Shown: positions 20,095-30,347 of the stretch, in pieces
How positions within the stretch are numbered: the stretch's first letter is position 1
Layout of the letters: every line of letters starts with the position of its first letter
Source of the DNA: Leeuwenhoekiella sp.
GTDB taxonomy: Bacteria > Bacteroidota > Bacteroidia > Flavobacteriales > Flavobacteriaceae
Direction: 5' to 3'
Assembly: GCA_011050015.1 (NCBI GenBank)
Contig: DRGP01000164.1
Span: forward strand, 35,515 to 99,514
DNA length: 64,000 nt
The notes under the pieces: model-generated
What the model was told of the DNA's origin: nothing
The model's input: only the letters and a program-made list of their open reading frames with translations
Databases searched by the model: none
Translations under genes and position numbers: made by a program

Positions 20095-23091
20095 CTACCT
20101 TACAAAAATCTTTTTTACAATCCCTTCCTCTTCCGTGCCTATGCGAATGATATAAATTCCGGTGGAAGCGTAAGACATATCTAAATCATACACGTAGTTA
20201 CCATTTAAAGACTCAATGCGGTTTTGTACTAGCTTTTGACCCGAAATGGTAAACACGTTTAAGATCATATCTTCTTCAAAATCGGTGTCTCGGAGCAAAA
20301 TCCCAAACTGGTCCTTATCTTCGCTAAGTACCACGAGATTGCCTTCTTCCAAAGGTATGCCGCGCACTATGGATGAATCAAATAAGGTAAGGGTAAAATC
20401 ATTGGTACGGCCAAAATCTATAAAACCACAGGGATCGTTGAGGTCGCCGGGTTCATTGGTGTCCTTTCCGCGTACGCGCATACGGTAAGAGCCCATGGCC
20501 AAGTTTTCGGGAAGGGCGAGTGTAAAGTCTTCATCGGTATTGGCGGTACTTACCGATCCCGATGCCACGCGTTCATCGGATTCAAAGGCGCCGTTTTCGT
20601 CAAAATCTACAAAAATTATATAGGCCGAATTCTCATAACCCATTTGTAAGGTTCCGCTGGGAATGTTCCCATCGGCGAGATCAATCTCAAAATCAACATC
20701 GGTATTGTCGGCGTAGCCATCGGCGGTACATTGGGTTGGCATGTTTATTTCGGCGAGATCAATATGGGTCACACCGTCGTTGTAATCGCCGCAATTAGCG
20801 CCTGGACTACAATAAAAGTTACTCACCGTTTTAGTTAAGGAATCATTTTCAGGAATCGCATCACCTATAAGCGCCGTAGTCGCGGAAAGTTCGTAATTGC
20901 CCAGGGCAGTAAGGTCTGCCGTTTGATCAAACGTATAATTCACCGTGGTATCGGGAGCTAGCGTACCGGATGCATTCCCGTTAACGGCCTCACCATTGTC
21001 AAGGGTATAATGCACCGGGATATCAGTTTGCGGCAGCCCCCCATAATTGGTAATGGCTACCGTCACGGGCTCGCTGCTTGTTTGACCCCCTCTGGTAATA
21101 GGGGCGATAATTGCAGAAATGCCCACATCACGGCCGGGAATATGTAAAACAGCCGTGGTTTGAGCATCATTTTCCGGATTTTGATCACCATTGAGCAGGG
21201 TTGACGCGGTAATTTCATAGGTTTCTCCTACTGAAGAAAGATCGGCCGTCTGAGAAAAAGTAAAGGTGGCAGTTTCATTAAAAGCAAGGCTTCCATTAAA
21301 GATTTCCGTAATTACTTCGCCTTCGCCAATCTGGTAGGAAACCTCAAAATTACCCTGCGGAAGTCGGCCAGCGTTTCGAATTTGTATGGTGATCTCTTCC
21401 GTGGGGGTGAGCGTACCTTCCTGCGGACTCAAAATTTCGGCGACCTGCATATCATTTTCAAAATCGGGTTCCAGTTTGAAAACGCCCACGACATCACTTA
21501 ATTTTGGACCAAAAAATTCTGAAACAAACCACATGGTTTCTTCATCGATAGGGTCTAGCGTCATGTGTGTATAATCCGCGTAGCGGGAAAAAGGATCGTT
21601 TGCAGTGCTCTGTGCGATGAGGGTTTGCGGTACAGACATGGTTCCCGGGGCATCGTTGCTGTAGCGGCCCGTGTAGTTTATAGCGATCATTTTTTCGGTG
21701 CTCACCGTGCTGAACCCCATGCCTATACTTCCGTTTTGATCCTGTATCATACTGGCGGCAAAGGCGTTCTGCCCGTCTGGGGAAACGTAGGTGCCTTCCT
21801 GAAAAATGCTCCACGGTTGGCCAGCACCGCTCTGGCGGAGCTCGTACCAGCGTATGCCCGCTTGCTCTTCTTCGTCGCCAGCCACGTCTGCCACAAAGTT
21901 GAAAACCGCCGAATTGTATCCGGGAAATGCCCTAAACTGCGCCTGGTTCATAATCGTGGCCTGCAATGCATCGATATCGGGACCAGAAGGCTGACTTAGA
22001 TTTTCGAAACTTCCGCCGTCAAAAACACTTTTAAAAGGGGTGGTCGGGATGATTTCCGGCTCGGTCACGCTTGAATTTTCAGGGGTTTGCCAGTCCACAT
22101 TTACGGTCCATACTTTTAGGTGGTCATCGTCAATACCCTCCCAGGCGTCATCCTGCATAAAAACGAGCGAAGCGCCACCGGTTTCTGGCAGTTCATCGTA
22201 ACCCACATTAAAAAACTGCGGACTGTAAAAACTGTTGCGTTGCAGGCCGGGAAGTGCAAATGATAAAAAACCGGGCGCACCACCTACGAGCATACTGTCG
22301 CGCTGCATCACAAAAACATTCGCACCCGTGGCATCAGGATCGCGGTTGGGATTGGTCTCTATATTTGAAGTAATGTAATACCCATCGCGCCAAATGGAAT
22401 ATTTTGGATAATCGGGAAAAGCACCGGTCTCAAAACCGGCTGTGTAGATATACCAGTCGCTGTTTATGGGATCTGGGCCTGTGGAAATGGCAATATTCAG
22501 GCCATTTTCAAAATCCTCGTTATCATCCTTATCTTCAAACTGGGTAATAATAAAACGGTCTGCGGCGGTATCGTAGAGCACAATGGGATCACCGGCAGTA
22601 TTGCCTGGAAATAGGGTGGAGAGGGAAGCTTCCGCAATAAGCGGGTTGCCTTGTTTATCAAAAATACGGAAAGCGGTGTTCCAGGCGGCCAAGTAATGAT
22701 TGGGACCCACTGCGCCGGTAGGGTCTGAAGGTACAGGGTCTGCATTGGTAGAAATGTGCGCGTCAAAAACAAGGATGGGCTCCGGTTGATAGGAACGATT
22801 CATGGCCTTTTTGGAACGGTCTACCAGCGGATCGCCATTTTTGGGATAACCCTTTCCCGGGACTGTGATATTTGCGCCGCGGCGCTTGGGGTTTACCTCT
22901 TCTTTTTCGCCCCGCGTATTACTTTTTATAAACGTACCTTCTTGAAGCTGCTCGGCCAGGCTGGGGACTTTAGCTACAAACCTGAGTTTACTGATTCGGG
23001 AAGGCGCGTTTTTTTGTTGGCCGTAAGAAAACTGGCCAAAAAGGATAAAAAACAGCAAAAAAATTAAGAAAATAGAAGGTTTATGCTTCAT
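20095..23091 (-). CDS. T9SS type A CTD protein (unknown N-terminal domain, two CARDB/Ig-like repeats, GEVED-like domain)
   Basis: Signal peptide; PSDPTGAVGPNHY; repeats ending GDQNPEND/GDAIPEND; YRMRVR..DPC..FGRTNDF; C-terminal STGIYIIRI..KKIFVR. Confidence 0.9.
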   Translation of the reverse strand: MKHKPSIFLIFLLFFILFGQFSYGQQKNAPSRISKLRFVAKVPSLAEQLQEGTFIKSNTRGEKEEVNPKRRGANITVPGKGYPKNGDPLVDRSKKAMNRSYQPEPILVFDAHISTNADPVPSDPTGAVGPNHYLAAWNTAFRIFDKQGNPLIAEASLSTLFPGNTAGDPIVLYDTAADRFIITQFEDKDDNEDFENGLNIAISTGPDPINSDWYIYTAGFETGAFPDYPKYSIWRDGYYITSNIETNPNRDPDATGANVFVMQRDSMLVGGAPGFLSFALPGLQRNSFYSPQFFNVGYDELPETGGASLVFMQDDAWEGIDDDHLKVWTVNVDWQTPENSSVTEPEIIPTTPFKSVFDGGSFENLSQPSGPDIDALQATIMNQAQFRAFPGYNSAVFNFVADVAGDEEEQAGIRWYELRQSGAGQPWSIFQEGTYVSPDGQNAFAASMIQDQNGSIGMGFSTVSTEKMIAINYTGRYSNDAPGTMSVPQTLIAQSTANDPFSRYADYTHMTLDPIDEETMWFVSEFFGPKLSDVVGVFKLEPDFENDMQVAEILSPQEGTLTPTEEITIQIRNAGRLPQGNFEVSYQIGEGEVITEIFNGSLAFNETATFTFSQTADLSSVGETYEITASTLLNGDQNPENDAQTTAVLHIPGRDVGISAIIAPITRGGQTSSEPVTVAITNYGGLPQTDIPVHYTLDNGEAVNGNASGTLAPDTTVNYTFDQTADLTALGNYELSATTALIGDAIPENDSLTKTVSNFYCSPGANCGDYNDGVTHIDLAEINMPTQCTADGYADNTDVDFEIDLADGNIPSGTLQMGYENSAYIIFVDFDENGAFESDERVASGSVSTANTDEDFTLALPENLAMGSYRMRVRGKDTNEPGDLNDPCGFIDFGRTNDFTLTLFDSSIVRGIPLEEGNLVVLSEDKDQFGILLRDTDFEEDMILNVFTISGQKLVQNRIESLNGNYVYDLDMSYASTGIYIIRIGTEEEGIVKKIFVR

Positions 23092-23264
23092 AAACTATAT
23101 GATCGGAAATAAATAATGGGTTCTATTTAACGCACGTATTTAAAAATACGCAAGCGTGCCAATTATAGTTTAAAAAGCGTAGAATATTCGTTGAGGGGTG
23201 TTAAAAATCAGCTTTATGATTAATCTGAATAGAATCACTAAAATTTATGAAAAATAAATTTACA

Positions 23265-23612
23265 TTAATTTTTATTAATTAAATATATAATTTCAGACTT
23301 GAGTTTGGGAAGGTGAGTTGTGAGAATAGACCAAATATTTTCATCTGAAACATTATCATACGAGTGAATTACTTGATTGCGTAGTCCAATAATTGCTTTG
23401 GCATTTGAGATTTTTCTTTCAAAGGATTCATCCCTTTTTAAGATTCTATTTATGGCCTCTCCAATAATCTCCAAATTTCGCTCGACTGCTCGCTTGAGCA
23501 TCACATTTTTTTGTTACTTAAAGAAATCTCTTTCTTGACCTACAAAATAGCTGTCAATTTCATCTATGGCCATTTTAATGTCATACAACCATTTTAGGAT
23601 TCTCTCATCCAT
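23265..23612 (-). pseudogene. HepT/DUF86 HEPN toxin with in-frame TAA at codon 33
   Basis: MDERILKWLYDIKMAIDEID...DFFK*QKNVMLKRAVERNLEIIGEA...GLRNQVIHSYD; Rx4HxY motif; stop at 23514-23516; ATG overlaps the MNT stop by 8 nt. Confidence 0.88.
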
Positions 23613-23904
23613 AAATCAGCTCTTTGGTTCTATCAATTGAACGAATTAGAATAGGATTTCTTAAAGTCTGTTCTTCCACAAGATCAATCTCACGATCTAG
23701 TAATATCTTCAAACTTTTTTTAAAACTTATATAATTGTTGAAATATTCAGCCAGATCTATGGGTTTGAATTTTACCAGAAAGTCAAGATCGCTTTTTGAG
23801 TTGAAATTGGAATTGAGGGCAGAACCAAACAAATATATCTTGTCCACATGAAATTTATCACACAGACTTTTAATATTTTCAATATTATTTTCGATTAATT
23901 CCAT
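23605..23904 (-). CDS. Minimal nucleotidyltransferase (MntA-type antitoxin)
   Basis: LFGSALNSNFNSKSDLDFLV (GSx10DxD), REIDLV; start ATG 23904. Confidence 0.92.
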   Translation of the reverse strand: MELIENNIENIKSLCDKFHVDKIYLFGSALNSNFNSKSDLDFLVKFKPIDLAEYFNNYISFKKSLKILLDREIDLVEEQTLRNPILIRSIDRTKELIYG

Positions 23905-23952
23905 AATCAAATTTAAGCAATACTTCATCAAACCTGATCATTCCCGTCAAAA

Positions 23953-25488
23953 TCACCCCATCCAATGCTTAAAATCGACTTTTTCATGTAAAAATTGGTT
24001 CAGTTTTTCAATGGGAAGCCTTACTTGTTCCATGGTGTCGCGATCTCGTACGGTAACTGCATTATCATCTTTTGTATCGTGATCTACGGTGATGCAAAAA
24101 GGCGTTCCGGCGGCATCTTGCCTTCTGTATCGGCGTCCCACGGCATCTTTTTCATCATAATCCACATTAAAATCCCATTTGAGATCATCTACGATTTTCT
24201 GGGCGATTTCTGGGAGTCCGTCTTTTTTGAGCAACGGGAAAACCGCCGCTTTAAAAGGCGCGATCACTGCAGGTATTTTAAGCACGGTACGTGTGCTGCC
24301 GTTTTCCAATTCTTCTTCTTCCAGCGCTTTTGAGAACACGGCGAGGAACATACGGTCAAGACCTATGGATGTTTCTACTACATAAGGAACATAGCTTTCG
24401 TTAAGCTCATGATCAAAAAACTGCAATTTTTTACCGGAATGAGCCTCATGTGCCTTCAGGTCAAAATCGGTACGGCTGTGAATACCTTCAAGTTCTTTAA
24501 AACCAAATGGGAAATTAAACTCAATATCTGCTGCGGCATTGGCGTAATGCGCCAGTTTATCGTGGTCGTGAAAACGGTAATTCTCTTCGCCAAGTCCCAG
24601 GGAAAGGTGCCATTTCATGCGCTCTTCCTTCCAGTGCTCGTACCATTTAAGCTCTTCGCCGGGACGCACAAAAAATTGCATTTCCATCTGTTCAAATTCC
24701 CGCATGCGGAAGATAAACTGCCGTGCTACGATCTCATTTCTAAAAGCTTTTCCCGTCTGGGCGATGCCGAAAGGTATTTTCATCCTTCCACTTTTCTGCA
24801 CGTTAAGGAAGTTGACGAAGATACCCTGTGCGGTTTCTGGCCTTAAATAAAGATCAGTTGCATTTTCTGCGGAAGCGCCAAGTTTTGTTCCAAACATAAG
24901 GTTGAATTGGCGTACATCGGTCCAGTTTTTGGAGCCAGTATCGGGATCTGCTATTTCCAACTCTTCGATAAGCGCTTTTACATCGGCAAGATCTTCAGCT
25001 TCCAGCGAACGTGCCATACGTTTCAGCACACGGTTCTGTTCTTCTCGGTAGCGCAGTACCCGCGCATTTGTGGTCACAAATTCTTTTTCATCAAAAGCAT
25101 CCCCAAATCGTTTTTTGGCCTTTTTGATCTCTTTTTCGGCTTTTTGATGCAGTTTTTCGGCATAATCTTCAATAAGTACGTCGGCGCGGTAGCGTTTTTT
25201 AGAATCTTTATTGTCAATAAGCGGGTCGTTAAAGGCGTCTACGTGCCCGGAAGCCTTCCAAATAGTGGGATGCATAAAAATGGAAGCGTCAAGGCCCACG
25301 ATGTTCTCATGCAGCTGCACCATGCTTTTCCACCAGTAATCACGAATGTTTTTCTTGAGTTCGGCGCCATTCTGGCCATAATCGTAAACGGCACTTAGCC
25401 CGTCATAAATCTCGCTGCTTCCAAAAATATAGCCATATTCTTTTGCGTGTGAGATTACTCTTTTAAACTGATCGTCCGGTTGTGCCAT
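23953..25488 (-). CDS. glyQS: Glycine--tRNA ligase (alpha2 type)
   Basis: YLRPETAQG, FRNEI, FRMREFEQME, ELEGIHSR, anticodon domain GRRYRRQD; start ATG 25488. Confidence 0.97.
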   Translation of the reverse strand: MAQPDDQFKRVISHAKEYGYIFGSSEIYDGLSAVYDYGQNGAELKKNIRDYWWKSMVQLHENIVGLDASIFMHPTIWKASGHVDAFNDPLIDNKDSKKRYRADVLIEDYAEKLHQKAEKEIKKAKKRFGDAFDEKEFVTTNARVLRYREEQNRVLKRMARSLEAEDLADVKALIEELEIADPDTGSKNWTDVRQFNLMFGTKLGASAENATDLYLRPETAQGIFVNFLNVQKSGRMKIPFGIAQTGKAFRNEIVARQFIFRMREFEQMEMQFFVRPGEELKWYEHWKEERMKWHLSLGLGEENYRFHDHDKLAHYANAAADIEFNFPFGFKELEGIHSRTDFDLKAHEAHSGKKLQFFDHELNESYVPYVVETSIGLDRMFLAVFSKALEEEELENGSTRTVLKIPAVIAPFKAAVFPLLKKDGLPEIAQKIVDDLKWDFNVDYDEKDAVGRRYRRQDAAGTPFCITVDHDTKDDNAVTVRDRDTMEQVRLPIEKLNQFLHEKVDFKHWMG

Positions 25489-25571
25489 AATGCGTTGTGG
25501 TTTTTTGTTGCTTAAAACGAAAGGCAAAAATAACGAAAACAGCGGGAAGGCTTCTGTTTTAAGTTGAACTT

Positions 25572-26453
25572 TTAATCCAGTTGCAGTAATGTGGATGCCA
25601 TAAGGCGATCTTCCTGAAAAATATTGATACGGTAGATGCCCTCTTGAAATTTTGCCGAATAGGGAGCGACTAGCACGCAGCGGGGCGCACTAGCTGTTAT
25701 TGCTGATGTATTTGCTTGATCAATAGCGCTATAGAGAAGTACTTTTTCACCAAAGGTAATGCTGTTTCTTTCACCTATCACATTGTTCTGCGGATCAATG
25801 ATCTGCACATAAAGTTGAATATTATCTTCAGTTAGTGCACCGTGAAGCGTGTAGCATACTTCTATGTTATCTATGCGTTTTGCGAGATCGTTAACCAGGT
25901 GTTTACCACTGCGCCTTACAATAATTCCGCTAGCGTCAAGGCTGTCTACACGGAGAGCGGTTTTGGCATTGAGCTCATCCTGCAGCGCCTTATTTTGTAG
26001 CCGCAGGGAGTCGCGCTCTACCAGCGAACTGTCAAAAGCTTTTTTTACTGCTGTTTTTTCGTTTTGTAAGTTTTGAGTGAGTACGGCAAGGCTGTCGTTT
26101 TTTTGCAAAAGTAGATCGCGCTGGTCACGCAGCTTAGTGATCTCAACGCGGTAATTACGTAAAACATCACGCGTATTCTCTGAAGTGGCCAGGCTGTCAA
26201 GCAGCTTGGTAATTCTGGTCTGTGCGCTATCCAGTTGCTGCCGCACATCACTTGTCATGGCTTGCTGCGTGTCATACTTGCCCAGCATGTCACGCAGCTC
26301 AAGCTCTATCATCTCTTTCTCGCGTATAAGTTCGAGTTCGTTGTCCTGTACCGTATTGTAGAATTTGATCGTGTAAATGCCCAGGCCCAGCAGCAGCAGG
26401 ACCAAGACAGCGGTTAATAGTTTAAGTGCTTTGTTATTGCCTATTGTGTTCAA
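25572..26453 (-). CDS. Membrane-anchored coiled-coil protein
   Basis: N-terminal TM helix, long heptad region, C-terminal beta domain; TTG start. Confidence 0.8.
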   Translation of the reverse strand: MNTIGNNKALKLLTAVLVLLLLGLGIYTIKFYNTVQDNELELIREKEMIELELRDMLGKYDTQQAMTSDVRQQLDSAQTRITKLLDSLATSENTRDVLRNYRVEITKLRDQRDLLLQKNDSLAVLTQNLQNEKTAVKKAFDSSLVERDSLRLQNKALQDELNAKTALRVDSLDASGIIVRRSGKHLVNDLAKRIDNIEVCYTLHGALTEDNIQLYVQIIDPQNNVIGERNSITFGEKVLLYSAIDQANTSAITASAPRCVLVAPYSAKFQEGIYRINIFQEDRLMASTLLQLD

Positions 26454-26492
26454 ACGCTTCTTTTAATTATCTTGTAAAAATCTAACTATTTT

Positions 26493-27182
26493 ATGGTAAA
26501 CCCACTGCGTCCCCTGTTCAATCTATTCTTTCCGGCCATTTGTCTAGCATGCGAGGAGCTGCTGCAAACAGGTGAAAAACTGTTGTGTACCCAGTGCCGG
26601 CATGATCTTCCTGTTACAGGATTGCATTATACAACGCAAAAACCTATTCATGAATTGCTCTACGGCCGTGTGGAAATAGAACACGCGACCGCACTGTTCT
26701 ATTTTGACAAAAAGAGCAAGGTACAGCAGCTCATTCATAATTTAAAATATAGAAATCATGAAGAGATAAGCGGTTTCCTGGGTAAATGGCTGGGTTTTGA
26801 ATTGGCATTTTTAACGGATTATCGGGCGATAGATTGTGTAATTCCCGTACCCTTGCACAAATCCCGTCTTCGAGCGCGCGGTTATAATCAGGTGACGGGT
26901 TTTGGGAAGGCGCTTGCAGATCAGCTTCATGTTCCTTTAGTTACTGAAATTCTTTTCAGAAAAAGAAATACCAAAACACAGGTTTTTATGTCGCGTTTAT
27001 CACGCAGTAAGGATGTCATAGCCTCTTTTGATGTCAACGAATTGAACCAACTGCGCGGAAAGCATATTCTGCTGGTAGATGATTTGATTACCACAGGCGG
27101 CACGATGGAAGGGTGTGCCGTCGCACTTCAGCAAATACCAGGTATAAAAATCAGTATTGCGGCTATGGCAATAGCGCATTGA
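26493..27182 (+). CDS. comF: ComF family protein (zinc ribbon + phosphoribosyltransferase)
   Basis: CLAC..CTQC, PVPLH, RGYNQ, LLVDDLITTGGT. Confidence 0.93.
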   Translation: MVNPLRPLFNLFFPAICLACEELLQTGEKLLCTQCRHDLPVTGLHYTTQKPIHELLYGRVEIEHATALFYFDKKSKVQQLIHNLKYRNHEEISGFLGKWLGFELAFLTDYRAIDCVIPVPLHKSRLRARGYNQVTGFGKALADQLHVPLVTEILFRKRNTKTQVFMSRLSRSKDVIASFDVNELNQLRGKHILLVDDLITTGGTMEGCAVALQQIPGIKISIAAMAIAH

Positions 27183-27276
27183 AATATTGCGTTATGAAGT
27201 AGATCGTGTGTGTAAGCTTCCGCCGTAAGGCAAAAAGTGTTCAGTTTACCCAAAATAGTTGTTACTTTGTGCCGTT

Positions 27277-28965
27277 ATGCTTAAAAAAATCTCCTATTTA
27301 CTGGCTACTCTGTTTTTGCTGCTTCTGGTGGTGAACTGTGCCAAACGCGGTTCTCCCGAGGGTGGGCCCAAAGACATGGATCCGCCGGTGTTTGTAAGTG
27401 CAGATCCGCCCAATTATTCCATTAATTTTGATGCTAAAGAAATCAGGATCAGTTTTGATGAACTCATCAAGCTAAAAGAGCTTCAGAAAAACCTTATTAT
27501 TTCTCCTCCTCTAGATCCCCCCGCGCTCATCACCCCCCTGGGGGGAGCTTCAAAAAGCATTGGGATAAGTATTGAAGATACGCTGCTGCCCAATACGACC
27601 TATGTGTTCAACTTTGGCAACAGCGTGGTTGACAATAATGAGAGCAATCCTTTTTCTTTTTTCAAATATGTGATGTCCACAGGGGATTATATAGACAGCC
27701 TTACCGTAAAGGGGCAGATCAGGGACGCACTGCAGCAAGAACCCGATGATTTTGTAACCGTGATGCTTTATGAGGCAGACAGCACCTACACAGATTCCAT
27801 TATTTATAAGACGGTACCTCGTTATGTGACCAACACGCTTGATAGCTCTACCACTTTTGAACTAACCAATGTGCGTGCGGGGAGGTATAGACTTGCGGCG
27901 TTAAAGGACGATGCGTCCAATTATACATTTCAGCCCGATAAAGACAAGATTGCTTTTTATGATCAAGTCATTGAAGTGCCCAAGGACACGAGTTATACCC
28001 TTACCCTGTTTATGCAAAATCCCCCATTAAAAGCCGGCCGGCCTGTGCAGACCAGAATACAACGTGTAGCGTTTCCGTTTACGGGAAATAGGGATAGTAT
28101 TTCAATTAACCTAATGAATGACAAGCCAGCAGATTTTGAGTCGCTCATCACCTATAAACAAGATCAGGACTCGCTGCGGTACTGGTACCGCCCAGAAATA
28201 GCACAGGACAGTATTATTTTTGAAGTGGGTGCCGGCGCCAGTAAATTGGATACCTTTTATCTACGGAAAAGACCATTAAGGCCAGATTCACTTGCATTTA
28301 ACGCACTCTCGCGCGGAACTTTAAAACTGGGCGATCCCTTTGCTATTGAATCAACAATACCTGTAGTTGGCATAGATAGCAACAAGATTTCAATCACCAA
28401 AGCAGATTCGCTGAATGTAGATTTTAAAACAGAATTATTCCCTAAGAAATCTTCATTTCAGATTGATTTTAAAACGGAAGAGGCAACCAATTATCAGATC
28501 ACTCTTTTGCCCGAAGCGCTCACTGATTTTTTTGGAACGACTAATGATACCTTGTACTATGAAGTGCAAACCAAAGAAATCGCAGATTACGGTGAGCTCA
28601 AGCTTACCCTACAGGAAGCTGACAACTATCCCTATATTGTGCAAGTTGTGACCGAAAAAGGCGATGTGGTGGAAGAGCAATATGCAGAAGAAGGCAAAAC
28701 AGTTTTTAATTTTGGCCTTGTGGAACCTGGATCGTATTATGCCCGCTTGATCCTTGATGCAAATGCCAATGGCACATATGATACTGGAAATTACCTGAAG
28801 CAAATGCAGCCTGAAGCCATTATTTATTACCCAAAATTGCTCGATCTGCGTTCGGGCTGGTCACAGGATGAAACTTTTATACTCAGCCAGGCGGTTACTG
28901 ATCTTCCAGTAACAGAAGAGACTACTCCAGAAGATCAAAGCGGTCCCTATCAGCCAGAAAATTGA
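27277..28965 (+). CDS. Ig-like (Big_5) domain lipoprotein
   Basis: Lipobox-like LVVNC followed by AKRGSPEGGPKD; FDELIKL; DANANGTYDTG. Confidence 0.85.
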   Translation: MLKKISYLLATLFLLLLVVNCAKRGSPEGGPKDMDPPVFVSADPPNYSINFDAKEIRISFDELIKLKELQKNLIISPPLDPPALITPLGGASKSIGISIEDTLLPNTTYVFNFGNSVVDNNESNPFSFFKYVMSTGDYIDSLTVKGQIRDALQQEPDDFVTVMLYEADSTYTDSIIYKTVPRYVTNTLDSSTTFELTNVRAGRYRLAALKDDASNYTFQPDKDKIAFYDQVIEVPKDTSYTLTLFMQNPPLKAGRPVQTRIQRVAFPFTGNRDSISINLMNDKPADFESLITYKQDQDSLRYWYRPEIAQDSIIFEVGAGASKLDTFYLRKRPLRPDSLAFNALSRGTLKLGDPFAIESTIPVVGIDSNKISITKADSLNVDFKTELFPKKSSFQIDFKTEEATNYQITLLPEALTDFFGTTNDTLYYEVQTKEIADYGELKLTLQEADNYPYIVQVVTEKGDVVEEQYAEEGKTVFNFGLVEPGSYYARLILDANANGTYDTGNYLKQMQPEAIIYYPKLLDLRSGWSQDETFILSQAVTDLPVTEETTPEDQSGPYQPEN

Positions 28966-29695
28966 GTTTTTTACGGGTTTCCTGCAGATGATCTGCCTCT
29001 AAAGTCGCAGTTAGCGTGGCTTCTCTTTTTTCGGCAAATGCTAAGGTTGCTCCTAAGCTATCATACATACCGCTATGACCGTCATAATCGTAGCCATTAT
29101 CGTCTGTACCTACGCGGTTTATACCTACACAATAACTCATATTCTCAATAGCACGTGCTTTTAAGAGCGTATCCCAGGCAAAAACACGCGTTTTGGGCCA
29201 GTTGGCTACATACAGTAGCAGGTCGTAATCTTGTATATTTCTGGAAAAAACCGGAAAGCGCAAGTCATAGCACACTTGTAGAGCAATCTTCCAGCCTTTG
29301 TACGCTATAATTTTTAAGTCTTTGCCACGCTCGTAAACTTCGTGTTCACCGGCTAGAGTGAAGCGATGCCTTTTATCGTAATGCTGGGCGATGCCTTCTG
29401 GGGTTACGAAATAAAAACGATTATAATACAGGTTATTTTCTTCTACCATGAGACTTCCGGCAATAGCCGAGTCCGTTTTTTGAGCCTGTTCTTTCATCCA
29501 TTCCAACGAAGCGCCTTGATCTGCGATATTTTCGGGTTCCATACTAAATCCCGTCGCAAACATTTCGGGTAGAACAATAAGATCAAGATCTGCATCCAGA
29601 CCAGAGATGATCGTACTGAAGTGATCTGTGTTTTTTTTTGGATCGTGCCAGGTTAAATCTGCCTGTAAACCTGCGATTTTGAGTGTTTTTTGCAT
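28922..29695 (-). CDS. Nitrilase-family amidohydrolase (YafV/omega-amidase-like)
   Basis: LPEMFATGF, YDKRH, CYDLRFP (E-K-C triad), ARAIEN; start ATG 29695. Confidence 0.93.
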   Translation of the reverse strand: MQKTLKIAGLQADLTWHDPKKNTDHFSTIISGLDADLDLIVLPEMFATGFSMEPENIADQGASLEWMKEQAQKTDSAIAGSLMVEENNLYYNRFYFVTPEGIAQHYDKRHRFTLAGEHEVYERGKDLKIIAYKGWKIALQVCYDLRFPVFSRNIQDYDLLLYVANWPKTRVFAWDTLLKARAIENMSYCVGINRVGTDDNGYDYDGHSGMYDSLGATLAFAEKREATLTATLEADHLQETRKKLNFLADRDRFDLLE

Positions 29696-29733
29696 GTTTT
29701 TGAATTTGAGATATGGGCTATAAAAAAACAAAT

Positions 29734-29761
29734 AAAAAACCCCTGCCTGGCAGGGGTTTTT
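29734..29761. terminator. Intrinsic terminator after the cold-shock gene
   Basis: AAAAACCCCTGCC-T-GGCAGGGGTTTTT inverted repeat. Confidence 0.85.
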
Positions 29762-29791
29762 GTGAAAATCTAAAAATACTTTATATATATT

Positions 29792-29989
29792 TTAGTCGTG
29801 TACAACGCGTACTTGCGCAGCAACCATTCCTTTTCTTCCTTCTTCTTCAATAAATTCTACTTGATCTCCTTCTTCTAAAACTTCACCGTTAAGACCGGTT
29901 GCGTGTACGAAGATATCTTTACCTGTATCATCATTGGTTATGAATCCGTAACCTTTGGACTCATTGAAAAATTTAACTGTACCTTTCAT
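29792..29989 (-). CDS. Cold-shock protein
   Basis: MKGTVKFFNESKGYGFI, DIFVH (RNP1/RNP2); start ATG 29989. Confidence 0.96.
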   Translation of the reverse strand: MKGTVKFFNESKGYGFITNDDTGKDIFVHATGLNGEVLEEGDQVEFIEEEGRKGMVAAQVRVVHD

Positions 29990-30076
29990 TGTAAAAATGT
30001 AAAAAATTAATAATGCGGTAAAGTTAAGAGAATTAATAAGATAATTGTTAACCAAAAGTAAATTTATTTAAAAAAT

Positions 30077-30337
30077 TTACTGATTTTTTCTTTTTCTTCC
30101 TTCAGAGAACTCCCTCATTTTGTTGATGTTGTCTTTGGTAAGCATGTAATTTTGTACTTTTCTGTTCTTCCAGCGGTGGTATAAAAATAAGGGCATAAGT
30201 ACAAAAATAGCCGCTAGGATGGTAATGCCTATAAAACGGTCGCCCACTACAATATTATCTTCGTAATAGCGAAGGTAAAAACCAATGCACATGGTGACCA
30301 CCAGTATAAAGAATAAGAAGATGATTATTTTTTTCAT
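30077..30337 (-). CDS. Small two-TM membrane protein
   Basis: 86 aa, two hydrophobic segments, MPLFLYHRWK..YML tail. Confidence 0.8.
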   Translation of the reverse strand: MKKIIIFLFFILVVTMCIGFYLRYYEDNIVVGDRFIGITILAAIFVLMPLFLYHRWKNRKVQNYMLTKDNINKMREFSEGRKRKNQ

Positions 30338-30347
30338 GATTATGAGT

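Noticed and set aside
28922-28965. 44-bp 3' overlap of the Ig-like lipoprotein and amidohydrolase genes
   Set aside because: Short convergent overlap through a low-complexity tail; common (also at 40290-40305)
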